Source: a virus. Taken from it: 64,000 nt of DNA. The position numbers and the translations under genes are program-made. Below are positions 38,781 to 49,158 of this stretch, one piece after another (the stretch's first letter is position 1; the number at the start of each line of letters is the position of its first letter). Below the pieces are notes generated by a model. The model saw only the letters and a program-made list of their open reading frames with translations, ran no database searches and had not been told where the DNA came from. The DNA is taken from IMG/VR virus record IMGVR_UViG_3300032295_000534, positions 148 through 64,147 of that record; one strand, written 5' to 3'.

Positions 38781-40205
38781 ATGGCCTCATTAAACACAAT
38801 CAAAACCCTGACCCCCATCGACAAATACGTCATCAATGGTGCGGTTATCGCCCTCAAAGCCCCTCAGTCGGTGATCAACGACAAGGACAAAATGGTTCGC
38901 CTGAACTGGCTTGCTGACCTAATCGAGGACGGCAACGTCAGCCTCGACTACATCAAAGGTTGCCCTCCTGTTGCTGACAGTGTGGGCGGTGTTGACAACG
39001 CCAAGCTTGAGGCGACAGCTACAGCGGCAAGCCGTGCTGAATCAGTGGCATTGGATGCCCTAGACAAAATCAACACCATGACAGGCAAAGTGGCAGTCCT
39101 CGCAGGGCTTTTGCAAAACATGGGCAACGACATTCAAGACGTGTCCCGCAAAGCCGCTGTGACTGTCGATGAAGACAAGATCAACGCAGAGGTTGCCAGT
39201 GCAATTGCCAAGGCGTTTAAACCCTTTGCTCAGGCCGTCAAAGACGCCAAGGCTGAGTCGGTGCTTGCCAGTGCTACCAGTGCCACGATCGTTGACCGCA
39301 AGTCTGCGTTTGATGTGTTTGGCATTGACGTTAAAGACTTCAAGGGTGACCCTGTGATGGTTGACATTTGGGACGCACCCAACGCCCCCGCCATTGACCC
39401 CAACTTTGTGTGGCAAGACGGCATCCTGAAGCACTTGCTTGCCTCTCAAAACACTGGCGAGAATGCATGGTTCGGAGGCCCGAAAGGCACTGGCAAATCA
39501 GAGACAGCCCGACAGTTTGCCGCTCGGACAGGCCGCTCCTACACTCGCATTAACTTCCACAAGTACACCACTGCTGACGATTACGTAGGCGCTGTGGGCT
39601 TGGAGAATGGTGCGACAGTGTTCAAGAAAGGCAACTTCTTGGAAGCTTTCACCTCCCCCTCTACCGTGGTTTTGCTCGATGAAATCAGCATGGCTGATGC
39701 GGGAGAACTAGCACCCCTCAACGGGTTCTTGGAAGAGAACAGCGCAGTCAATTACGGGGGTTTTGTGCACCGTAGAGCGCAAGGTGTGTTGGTCTTTGCC
39801 GCTGACAACACCATGACCAATGGCGACACGTCAGGACGTTATGCAAAGACGCAGAACATGAATTCATCACTGGCTGACCGCTTTGCCCGAGTGATCCCCT
39901 TCACTTACCTTTGTAAGGATCAGGAAGTCGAGGCCATCACCCGTCACACAGGCTGTCATAAGCAGTTGGCAGAACACGTAATCAATGCCATCACTGCCGC
40001 CCGTGCCAAGGTTGCCACTGGGGATGTTATCGATCCCCCATCTATTCGTTCAGCACTCGCATTCATTCGGGCACTGAACGTTCTCACTGTCGATGAAGCT
40101 TGGGAGTCAACCATCACTTCACGTCAACCCGAAGAGAGCCGCACAGCACTTGATGCAATCAAGGCGGCATACATCAACGCTAGTGTTCTAGCAAAATATT
40201 TGTGA
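38781..40205 (+). CDS. MoxR/CbbQ/CobS-type AAA+ ATPase
   Basis: GPKGTGKS Walker A, VLLDEI Walker B, AADNT, N.SLADRF arginine finger, S.R. Confidence 0.9.
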   Translation: MASLNTIKTLTPIDKYVINGAVIALKAPQSVINDKDKMVRLNWLADLIEDGNVSLDYIKGCPPVADSVGGVDNAKLEATATAASRAESVALDALDKINTMTGKVAVLAGLLQNMGNDIQDVSRKAAVTVDEDKINAEVASAIAKAFKPFAQAVKDAKAESVLASATSATIVDRKSAFDVFGIDVKDFKGDPVMVDIWDAPNAPAIDPNFVWQDGILKHLLASQNTGENAWFGGPKGTGKSETARQFAARTGRSYTRINFHKYTTADDYVGAVGLENGATVFKKGNFLEAFTSPSTVVLLDEISMADAGELAPLNGFLEENSAVNYGGFVHRRAQGVLVFAADNTMTNGDTSGRYAKTQNMNSSLADRFARVIPFTYLCKDQEVEAITRHTGCHKQLAEHVINAITAARAKVATGDVIDPPSIRSALAFIRALNVLTVDEAWESTITSRQPEESRTALDAIKAAYINASVLAKYL

Positions 40206-40212
40206 GGCAACC

Positions 40213-41169
40213 ATGAGACATTACCGAGGCTTTGAGTTTAAACGTGCAGTTACCCTTGCGATTCACAAGGTCTGCGCTGATCTTGGACGTGACCCAGTGA
40301 ACATTGAATGGGGCGGCACTCAGTCTGCATCCATCACCCCCCGAGGCCATCTCTGCCTGACCAACGTCAGGGATGACGCAGTGCTGACCCACTCTGACTT
40401 GATGCGCTTTGTTGGCTACGGTGTGCATGAACTGTTGCACTGGACATACACCAACTTTGACGCAACATGTAAGGGTTGGGATCACAGCCAGTATGTGGCT
40501 CAATTGCATAACGCATTAGAGGATGCATGGATCGAGCACAAAGCAATTAAGGTTGGCCTGACAGGCAACATTGAAGCCCTGCTTACCGCCCTGATCAACG
40601 GTGTTGTTGTTGAAGCCATGGACGAAGTGACCGACTGGTCAAACCCTGCGCAGTACCCCTTTGTTCTCGCTGTCTACGCACGTAAACATGCGACAGTCAA
40701 AGTGCCAGTGGCTGAGGGTTTGCAACCAATCTTTGCCGAGGCAGTAAGACGTTTAAACGCTTGCGACAATTCATGGCAAACCTTGGATGTTGCAACGTGG
40801 GTCTTTGACAAGCTGACGCAGATCCAACCGCCCAACATCAACCCCAACCCCGAACCCACAAAGGGCAAAGATAAAGGCGACAACCCAACCGATGGCGACA
40901 CACCGACAGATGGTGATGAGGATGGCACTGGAAGCCCCTCAGATGACCCTACAGGAGGCGATCAGGAGGGCGGTGCACCTACCCCCCCAACAAACCCTGC
41001 GAAGCCTCCTATCAGCCGTGGCCAACCAGTGGAAGCACGCAAGGTTGAACCCGATACAAAAGCACCCGAGGGTGCAGAGACAGGCGGCACATACTGGACG
41101 GGCAGTATTACCAAGAAAGAAAAACACACTAGGCCACACGCTGACCCAGTGTTCCCAATTAACTTTTAA
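40213..41169 (+). CDS. CobT N-terminal-like protein with HExxH zincin motif and acidic Pro-rich tail
   Basis: GVHELLH..YT.F, NALED..IE. Confidence 0.75.
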   Translation: MRHYRGFEFKRAVTLAIHKVCADLGRDPVNIEWGGTQSASITPRGHLCLTNVRDDAVLTHSDLMRFVGYGVHELLHWTYTNFDATCKGWDHSQYVAQLHNALEDAWIEHKAIKVGLTGNIEALLTALINGVVVEAMDEVTDWSNPAQYPFVLAVYARKHATVKVPVAEGLQPIFAEAVRRLNACDNSWQTLDVATWVFDKLTQIQPPNINPNPEPTKGKDKGDNPTDGDTPTDGDEDGTGSPSDDPTGGDQEGGAPTPPTNPAKPPISRGQPVEARKVEPDTKAPEGAETGGTYWTGSITKKEKHTRPHADPVFPINF

Positions 41170-41179
41170 TGGAGGTCAC

Positions 41180-41851
41180 ATGATCCCTGCAAGATTACGC
41201 TACACAGTGCGCAAACTGTTTGAGAATTCAGGCTTTGAAGAGTACCAACACAACCGCAAGTCAGGCGTGTTGAACATTCGGGCACTGCCCACAATGGCTC
41301 ACAATGACCGACTGTTTAAACAGCGCAAAGAACATGACGGCATCGACTCTGCGGTTGTGATTGTTTTGGATGTATCAGGCTCGATGTTCAAGAGCAAAGA
41401 CCCCCTGACCTCCAAGATGTACCACGCCATCCTTGCCACGTATGCCCTACTGGACACGTTGACAAAGGCAGGGGTTGCAACCAGTGTTGTGACCTTTGGC
41501 TGTGACGTGTCGATCCTTAAGGACTTCAACACCCCCTACCAACGCATCAAGCCCCTGCTAGAGCGCATCACCGCAGGGGGCGGCACAAACGACAGCACAG
41601 CCCTGCAATATGCGCATGGCCTGTTGCTGAATCGCCAAGAGGAGCGCAAGGTTTGCTTCCTCCTGACGGACGGCATCGGTGATGCTGACCAGTGCAGAGA
41701 GCAAGCCATCACAGGCGAGAACCTTGGCATCACAACGATTGGCGTGGGCATATGCTCGGGCTTGTCGCACATCTACAAAAACGCAGTGACCATCGAGAAG
41801 ATCGAGGACTTGGGCACAGTGGCGTTTGACAAGCTGAAGCTTGCGGCCTGA
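41180..41851 (+). CDS. von Willebrand A (CobT C-terminal-like) protein
   Basis: Own GGAGG RBS; SG.LN, DVSGSM MIDAS, GGT, LTDG, IGVGI. Confidence 0.85.
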   Translation: MIPARLRYTVRKLFENSGFEEYQHNRKSGVLNIRALPTMAHNDRLFKQRKEHDGIDSAVVIVLDVSGSMFKSKDPLTSKMYHAILATYALLDTLTKAGVATSVVTFGCDVSILKDFNTPYQRIKPLLERITAGGGTNDSTALQYAHGLLLNRQEERKVCFLLTDGIGDADQCREQAITGENLGITTIGVGICSGLSHIYKNAVTIEKIEDLGTVAFDKLKLAA

Positions 41852-41905
41852 GGGGGGCTTGCCCCTCACCCCTAAAAAAGAAACCAGTACTTAAGGAGAG
41901 AAACC

Positions 41906-43504
41906 ATGCAAGGATTAGACGCACATTACTCTGCGCTTTGGGTTGCCAATGAACGCAGACTTGCCGAGCAGGGCAAGACCAAAACCTACACAGTCTCAGT
42001 GGCTGTTGAGGGATACGTTGACATCGTGATTGATGCCACCAGTCGGGAGGAGGCAGAAGCCTCAGCCCTCGACAGGGTAGAGGTGCAGGGGATGCTTGTT
42101 ACCGAAATGACAATCACAGACGTGGAGGAGTGGAAATGAAAACTTACAAAGTGTGGGCAAGAATGACAACGTACCTTTACACCTACGTGGATGCAGAGGA
42201 CTACGAACAGGCTCAGGAGAAAGCCAACAACCTTGATGGCTCAACGTTCATCGACAAGGGCGATGGCGACTGGGATATCTACAGCGTGGAGGAGGTGACC
42301 AATGTCTGACCAAGAAAAGATTGACTTACTGGGCGAGGCTTTGAACAACCTAATGCAGTCTGCCGACACCTACATTGACGAAGGGTCTTGGCTTGACGAA
42401 TTGCTCTATGACATTGGACGTGCCCGTGATGCACTTAAACAAATACAAACAGGAGAGAAATAATGGCACACATGGTTCAAACACATGATGGTTGGGTACT
42501 ACGGAATGATTGGCACGTAGAGGACGTGGAAGCACGGCTTGAGGATTATTGGGGCTTCACGCTGTCCGATGATGAATGCCTCAAAGTGTTAGAACTTGTT
42601 GCTGATTCATTTGATGCCAATGACGGCATTAATTGGGACGCCATCGATGCCGCTATTGAATGCCTATTTGGTGACCGAAAGGTAGAAGAATGAACCTCAC
42701 TCCCTACGAAAAATTGGAACGTGTTGTGTTCCTAGTTGGCACGATTGTTTTACTGCTTGATTTGTTTTACTGGAGACCATGATGTTTAAACACATAACAC
42801 CTCACCCTTGGACTGCGCACAGCGCTACTGTTTGGGGGTATGAGAATGCGCACGGGCAACCGCAAGTTGCGTCATGCGTCAACAAAAACCAACCAACGGC
42901 TACCCAACGGGCGAATGCCCGACTGATTGCCATTGCCCCGCAGATGTATGAGATCATTCAAAAGATGCAGAGTGACGAAGCAAAGGCACTGGTGCGCTAC
43001 ATGGAAAAGGAGACCGAACATGCAGATTAAAACAATCGACAGAGATGAACAAGAGATTGACTACGAACGCCTGTTTAAGGCTTACGAAGGGCTGATAAAG
43101 TGGATCGACACCAATGATGTAGATGGACAGGAGACCCTCGGTTTGCTAATCAAAGCCGCAGTGTCCCTTGCTGTGGTCAATGAACGCCCCAAGCGTGAAG
43201 TCTTGGAGGTTGTGTCTGTTACCTACGACATCGAGCGTTCTGTGCGTCCTAGGGCTGATGAGGTGCATTGATGAAGAGGATCAAGACGATCACCCAATCA
43301 GACCCAACCTTTCTCAAAACAACTTACTCCCATGACAGCCTTGTTGACCTTGTTAACCATGAGCGGTTCGTCAACCCTGCTGAGAAGTACATCACCTACG
43401 CAGACAAAGCGTGGGCGGTGTACCGCATGGGCAGAGACCGACAGCCTCGGTTCTGTGGAAAGTATCAAAACATAATCCAAGCTGTGCGAGTCGCACGAAT
43501 TTAA
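41906..43504 (+). CDS. Run of about 8 small early hypothetical proteins (41906, 42136, 42302, 42463, 42690, 42779, 43020, 43268)
   Basis: Overlapping start/stop coupling and GGAG RBSs; 42779 has HTPxPW...ANARLIA.AP-like motif; 42690-42782 is a 30-aa TM peptide. Confidence 0.65.
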
Positions 43505-43529
43505 GGGAGCATTGCGCTCCCTTTTTTTT
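43503..43529 (+). terminator. Intrinsic terminator ending the early block
   Basis: AAGGGAGC-AUUGC-GCUCCCUU followed by a U run. Confidence 0.85.
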
Positions 43530-43629
43530 GGTCTAAACCTTAACGTTTAAACGCATATGCTGGCAGGTTAAACAAACTCCAGGATTGCGTTTAAACATCT
43601 ATGCAGCCAGCAGCTGCTGCGTGCTACGT

Positions 43630-43956
43630 TTAAACAGTCGTGATAAAGACGGGTGTCCTATCACCGACATACGCCCCGAGGATATTGAACTCAAAGAATT
43701 CATACGCCTCATCAACTGTCATTGACCGACTCAGGATCTCCACGATCTTTGTTGTGTCATAAGCAACGACAGGAACATCCCCTATCCTTTCTGACACCCC
43801 AATGATTGCCTCGTCAAACTCCTTATCACTCAAAAAGAGAAGCTCAGTATCCCAATCTTCTGCAAGCTGATCCCTCACGTTTAAACGTGGCGCAGGTACA
43901 TCCTCTGGCTCATCTGGTGAGCTACCTGAAGTATTGTTTAAACTGTTAGAAGGCAT
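43630..43956 (-). CDS. Conserved hypothetical phage protein
   Basis: FDEAIIGV, VAYD..KI, EAYEFFEFNI.GAYVG..TP.F. Confidence 0.75.
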   Translation of the reverse strand: MPSNSLNNTSGSSPDEPEDVPAPRLNVRDQLAEDWDTELLFLSDKEFDEAIIGVSERIGDVPVVAYDTTKIVEILSRSMTVDEAYEFFEFNILGAYVGDRTPVFITTV

Positions 43957-45628
43957 CGAGGTTCTCCGAGTATGTTCCTGCGGTTTTGTTGTAGATCATT
44001 GTGGTTTCACCCTGTGTTCCGACCCATCTGTATCTGCACTTCCACACAGCGATCTCAACATGGTGATCCTTTCTGTGGACTGTCACCCCGCAGTCCGTCT
44101 TTGCCCACCAAGCCATCGACCCTGCGATGGACATCCCGTCAGGGCGGGGCTGTTCTGTACCTTGTCGGGTGATCTTAGAAGGGTGAGCAACGAACCATGT
44201 ATGTACGTCATGGGCTTTGCAGAACTTCTGCACCCGAGTCAGCATGTCGCTGATGGCGGCTGTCTCTGTCCCGTCACCCCTAGGCAACTCGATGTAGTTG
44301 TACGGGTCAATGACCAACCCCCGAACCCCCATCCTCTTAACCGCAACCCTTGCTCTATCCAAGATCGAGTCGAGTGTTGAAGGCTCTTCCCCGTTTGTGT
44401 CAATGAACAGGAAATGTTCTTTGACGAATTTAAACGCATTCTCTTTTTCCTGCTCAGACATCCTCTCCTTGCCGTCAAAGAAACGCTTGCGAGTGTAGAT
44501 CTCCATCAGTCGGCTGATGTGAATCTCAGGCTGATTCTCAAATGAGCAGACCGCAAACTTCCAATCATGGGCTTGCGCAAGGTTAACCATGATCTGATCT
44601 ACAAAGTTGGACTTGCCCGATGACGGGTAACCAGTGACGACAGTCAACTGTGCAGGGGCGACTGTGTAAATCTCATCAACTGATTGGTAGCCTGTCGAGA
44701 AACCTTTCCCCGTTCCCTTCGTATATAACTCGTTTAAACGCTCGTAGAAAGTGCCTGCATCCGAGATCCCCGAAACTGGGTACGGGGCGGCTGATGCCAG
44801 TACCTCCCCCACCTTAGTTGGGTCATCAAGCATGACCTCGTTTAAATCTTTTTTCTCAAACTTGGCGAGTCTGCATTTCTCTTTTCCAATACGCCTTGCC
44901 AGTTCTTCGGCTAACGCCTGACCCGCAGTGTCTTGATCAGTTGCAAGAATCACGTAAGGGACTGAGTCAAGGACTTCCCTTGCGTTCCATACGTAGGCAA
45001 ACTTCTTGTCTTCGGAGGGTAGAACCTTTCCATCTGCGACTTTGATTGGCGCTCCGCTTGGTACGCTCACGACATTCTCGTAGCCTAATTCCATGAGGGA
45101 CAAGCAATCTATCTCGCCCTCAACAATGATGAGTGGTTGATCCTTCTTAACAAGGTCAAGCCCAAAGAAATCATGCGCACCACCCGAGTCTTGCGTGAAG
45201 TCTTTCTCAGGGAATGATCTGTACTTGGCGGCTACCAATGCACCTTTCCTGTAGTAAGGAAAGCCAATAGCATCTGCGCTCTTACCAAGCTTTCCAAAGT
45301 ACTTCTCTGATGCAAACAACTTCATCTTGTCTGCGGTTGCGGGTGATATGCCTCTTGTGGCTAACCATGCGTAATGTTGGTCTTGCAGTTTGTTTGAAAC
45401 AATTGTTGGGTTGGGTACGGCTGACAAAATTCTCTCCTGTTGTGGTTGGACTGAGCCGCTAGTCTGACAATGATGGCAATGGAACACGACCGCCCCGTCT
45501 GTCTTGCGAGTTAGCGTCATGTCCTTTTGATTTGATTTTCTGCGTTCAGCAGAACAGTACGGGCAAGCTACCCGAGTGCTTTCGTTGAAGTGGAATTGAT
45601 CCACAAACTCAGCGATCCTTTGATTCAT
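43946..45628 (-). CDS. Primase-helicase (T7 gp4/Twinkle-like)
   Basis: CPYC..CHHC Zn finger, TOPRIM IVEGEID and ATDQD..G, TGYPSSGKS, LVIDPYN, VAHP.K. Confidence 0.92.
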   Translation of the reverse strand: MNQRIAEFVDQFHFNESTRVACPYCSAERRKSNQKDMTLTRKTDGAVVFHCHHCQTSGSVQPQQERILSAVPNPTIVSNKLQDQHYAWLATRGISPATADKMKLFASEKYFGKLGKSADAIGFPYYRKGALVAAKYRSFPEKDFTQDSGGAHDFFGLDLVKKDQPLIIVEGEIDCLSLMELGYENVVSVPSGAPIKVADGKVLPSEDKKFAYVWNAREVLDSVPYVILATDQDTAGQALAEELARRIGKEKCRLAKFEKKDLNEVMLDDPTKVGEVLASAAPYPVSGISDAGTFYERLNELYTKGTGKGFSTGYQSVDEIYTVAPAQLTVVTGYPSSGKSNFVDQIMVNLAQAHDWKFAVCSFENQPEIHISRLMEIYTRKRFFDGKERMSEQEKENAFKFVKEHFLFIDTNGEEPSTLDSILDRARVAVKRMGVRGLVIDPYNYIELPRGDGTETAAISDMLTRVQKFCKAHDVHTWFVAHPSKITRQGTEQPRPDGMSIAGSMAWWAKTDCGVTVHRKDHHVEIAVWKCRYRWVGTQGETTMIYNKTAGTYSENLDAF

Positions 45629-46125
45629 TTCATTGTCTCTTTAATGCTTTGATTGATCAAAGCTTGAGCCATTAACATGACATCTTCATCGTGAAAAACG
45701 TTTTTAGCTGTGTTGTAAATCCAAACAACCACACGTGTATTTTCCAACGTGTAGCCAATCTTTGGATCAATTCTGTCTAGAGATGGCGACCACGGATTTC
45801 TTGCTTCTAATCCGTATGTAAATGGCAAGCCAGTAACTTCGCAAAAACCATGTTTTAATTTTTGCATGATCCATTCGGGCGTTAGTTCATTCCCGTCACG
45901 GAATCTTCGCCCAACCTTAGTCCCATGAAACATGGCGATTGCCCTGCCGCGCATGGTTGATTTATATTTGGCTGTCTGAAGGGTATGTATCTCAGGATCT
46001 TTTATCCTGCGGTAAGCGTTCTTACATTGAACACCACAATACAAAGCTTGCCTGTTTTTTCCTAAAGCTGCCAAATCAGATTTACAGTTTAAACATTCCT
46101 TTTGGTTTAAACTTTCTGCAATCAT
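45625..46125 (-). CDS. HNH-type (homing) endonuclease
   Basis: CLNC/YCGVQC N-terminus; CEVTG, PSLDRID...GYT..N..VV...N.AK. Confidence 0.75.
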   Translation of the reverse strand: MIAESLNQKECLNCKSDLAALGKNRQALYCGVQCKNAYRRIKDPEIHTLQTAKYKSTMRGRAIAMFHGTKVGRRFRDGNELTPEWIMQKLKHGFCEVTGLPFTYGLEARNPWSPSLDRIDPKIGYTLENTRVVVWIYNTAKNVFHDEDVMLMAQALINQSIKETMK

Positions 46126-46364
46126 TTCATACTCCCATTAGATTTTCTTGGGAACGAACGATTCTTTGCAGGTGATTCAAGGCGGATACCATCTGCGTTT
46201 GATCCACCCTTGCTGAGTGCCTTGACGTGAGCCACGTCTTTACCTTGTCGGGTCACACCCTTAGCGTCTAATTTTCTACGGGCACGTTGACGCTCCATTC
46301 GGTCTTCGTGTTCGCCTCGGGATTGTTGGGTCTTGTATTCTTGTTTGTAGTTACGTGTAGCCAT
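46122..46364 (-). CDS. Small HNH-like protein
   Basis: RNYKQEY, R.RARR, GKDVAH...LSKGGSN, NRS. Confidence 0.65.
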   Translation of the reverse strand: MATRNYKQEYKTQQSRGEHEDRMERQRARRKLDAKGVTRQGKDVAHVKALSKGGSNADGIRLESPAKNRSFPRKSNGSMK

Positions 46365-46385
46365 GTTTGCTCCTTGGAATATCAA

Positions 46386-46853
46386 TTAAACCGCATGAAA
46401 CCTGACAAGGTCAATTGGACAAAGATAAAAATCCTGTGTCACATCTTCGTATCGTGAATCCTTACGCTTTTCTGAATACCATTGTTTACACGTACTGGAA
46501 TTGACGACTGCGATGTGTTTTAAATCTGCGCTTTGGATGATGTATGCGTAAGGCTTGGGCTTGGCATTGTCAAACGAATGCTTGGCGCAGACGATGAATT
46601 TATCCCCGAATTTCCAGTCTGCCTTGTTGGTGAATGTGATGCCAAGTGTCTTGACTTCCACACGCATATTGATGTAGAGATCCCCGTTGTCTACATGCTT
46701 CATCCGATTCTCATAACTGTCTGAGACAGTCGATGGCGGTATCGTTACTGAGTACCCCAAACTGTTTAACCAATTGGCGGCTGAGATCACGCCCTCATGG
46801 CTTTCACTTAAATGCTTGACGAACTTTTGAAAGTCTCTTTGTCTTGTTTCCAT
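46386..46853 (-). CDS. Putative PD-(D/E)xK-fold protein
   Basis: D.GDL.I..RVEVK pattern. Confidence 0.5.
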   Translation of the reverse strand: METRQRDFQKFVKHLSESHEGVISAANWLNSLGYSVTIPPSTVSDSYENRMKHVDNGDLYINMRVEVKTLGITFTNKADWKFGDKFIVCAKHSFDNAKPKPYAYIIQSADLKHIAVVNSSTCKQWYSEKRKDSRYEDVTQDFYLCPIDLVRFHAV

Positions 46854-46886
46854 CTCTCTCTCCCTTTAAGTATCTAGTTGTATTTT

Positions 46887-48428
46887 TTAAATATCCAATT
46901 CAATCTGCTCGGGTGCGGTGTAGTTCTCGATAGGTACTCCTTTGTCTAGTTGGTTGATGATGTCTTCTTGTGTGGCGACCCTGATGGTCATGATGCCCAG
47001 TGAAACGTGGGCAATGGCTTGTCTGCGGTTGGATGCCCTGACCAGTCTGACCTGATCACCGACACCGATCGTGTAAACACGTTGCTTCATGTGTTCTCCT
47101 GCTCGGCAAGAATTGCACAAGCACCAACCCAACCCATGCCGCCAAGCAGGGCAATAGGCCAATACACCCACGCAGGTAAAAATTCAACTGCCGCTGAAAT
47201 AGCAAAAGGCAAAATCATGATGTGTAGATATGCTTTTTGTTTCTTGGTCATGTGTTCTTCTCCTTGTTGTTCATTAGCTTCACCCAATCATGGCCTGATT
47301 CCCAACCATCTTTAAACCCCGCAGTCCAAGCCCGATCCCATGCCTGACACCACAATTCATAGTAGCCGCCATACAGCGGAAAGCCTTTGTCAAATAAACC
47401 ATGCTTGACTAGATGCTTCACATCCTTGCGTTTGATGAACGCTTCCCATGCTTTGTCGCGGGCTTGGTTGTGGATTGGTATGTCGTCAAGTAAACCTTTA
47501 GGCATTGTTCTTCTCCTTGAGTTTGGCTTCAGCCCATAACGCACCAAGAGCAAAATAAACTCCGTGGTCATCCTTCTTGGCTTGATAATCGATTTCTGCG
47601 TGAGTCAACCCTACCCATGTGCGCTGTGGTGAGAACGAATCACGGAAGCACTTGTCAAGTGAGGACGACTCACGGAAGCACTTGTCAAAGTAGTCCTCGT
47701 ACAGTTTCTTTATTTCGGGGTGCATAGGCTTATCCTTCGCTTCTTGCTCTGGTTTAAACATAACAGTTGCAGGCTCGACAGACGCTTTACTTCTTGGAAT
47801 GCCATTGGCATCGATATACAAGTTTGCACCACATACACATTCCCAAGCCTCATCCTTCGCTTCTAGTGCGGCTTTAATAGCGGTGATGGCTTCATTGTTC
47901 TTTTCCCAAACTTCGGTTGGCGCATCGGTTTCAAGCCATGCCCTATCTTCTTTCAACGCCTCCAATGCTAATTTAAGAGCTTCGTCTTTAGTCATGCTTT
48001 CCCCCTTGCTCGTAGGACGTTAATTACAATTGCACAAACAACCCAGAGGCAGGATAACAACCAGACACTGCCACACATTGGCAACACCCATTCAAATCCC
48101 TGCTTTCTGTTACCAATAAGTTCGGTAAGAAGTTGCACAACAAAAATGATTGTTGTAATTTGAAATACGGTTTTGGGCCAAAAATAGTCTACTCGTTTCA
48201 TGCTTGTCCCCTTGCTCGGATGGCTTCGGCACAGGCTTCAGCCAAGTTGTATGGCGTTCCATCATTTGTCTGCTCACAAACCTTTGCACACGCCTCACGC
48301 TCTTCAGCAACAACCCTTTCAACAAGAGCCATCAGGTGCTGAGTACTGCAGTGCCATGACTTGTACTCACGGTTTTGGTCTATGGCTTCCGCCAACATAA
48401 ATGCGACTTGCTCTGCGTTGTATTTCAT
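46887..48428 (-). CDS. Run of six small hypothetical proteins (46887-47090, 47087-47251, 47248-47505, 47498-47995, 47992-48201, 48198-48428)
   Basis: ATGA-type overlaps; modular ends (WVGLT..EI, RARG[QK]A); some starts approximate. Confidence 0.65.
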
Positions 48429-48901
48429 AGCCTCTCCTTATCGCCCCTTGGCGGGGATTTAGTTAATTTCAACCCATAGACCCCCCTACCCCATGAGAGT
48501 AGAGAGGGATGGTTTCAACCGCCTTACGGCTTCTGCATGTCAGCGTTAGCTGACCCCTATGCTTGCAGATACGACCAGCACCGTGGATTGTTCGGGAACT
48601 GCCCCCTAGCCTTACGGCATACCACGTAACCCTTTTCTTCCACGCAGGCAGATGTCTACCCCTTGCTATCGTGTGGAGTACGGTTGTCGTAGGAGGAGGA
48701 GGAACTAGATCGGCTCACATAAAGCAGTGTGCTTTAGCGTTTTGTCCGATTGTTAAATCATGTGATGGCGCTAACCCACCACCCGACCTAGTCCCAAAAA
48801 CAAAAAAAGCCACTTACAACTGCGCCCGATAGGAACCCCGTGAGGAGCAGACGCATGTATAAATGGCTTTGATTTTGTCGCTTCCTATGGCAACGGTTTG
48901 G

Positions 48902-48932
48902 ACTGTATCACAACTTATTTGGCTTGTGTCAA
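48902..48932 (-). promoter_or_regulatory. Sigma70-like promoter TTGACA-19-TACAGT with extended -10 (TGn)
   Basis: Perfect -35 and TGa-TACAGT; spacer longer than optimal. Confidence 0.5.
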
Positions 48933-49158
48933 GCAATACCAAAAATATTTTTACCAACCACCAAGTTACCGGAAGAGTTGAAAAGAAACCGCAGCCCGGG
49001 ACGGCGTAAAGCGTTTAAACACATACGCCGGGGAGCTTCTGGGGTAGTTTAAACAGCTGCTGCTGGCCAACAGCTGTGTTTTATGCACCTGTTGTATTTT
49101 TGATTTAAACTATGGGTTACCACAACTTGCAGTTGCTGGTACTCTCCTCCCGTTTGGG

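Noticed and set aside
47640-47688. 19-bp direct repeat at 30-bp period
   Set aside because: Simple in-frame duplication (DKCFR twice) in a small ORF; only two copies
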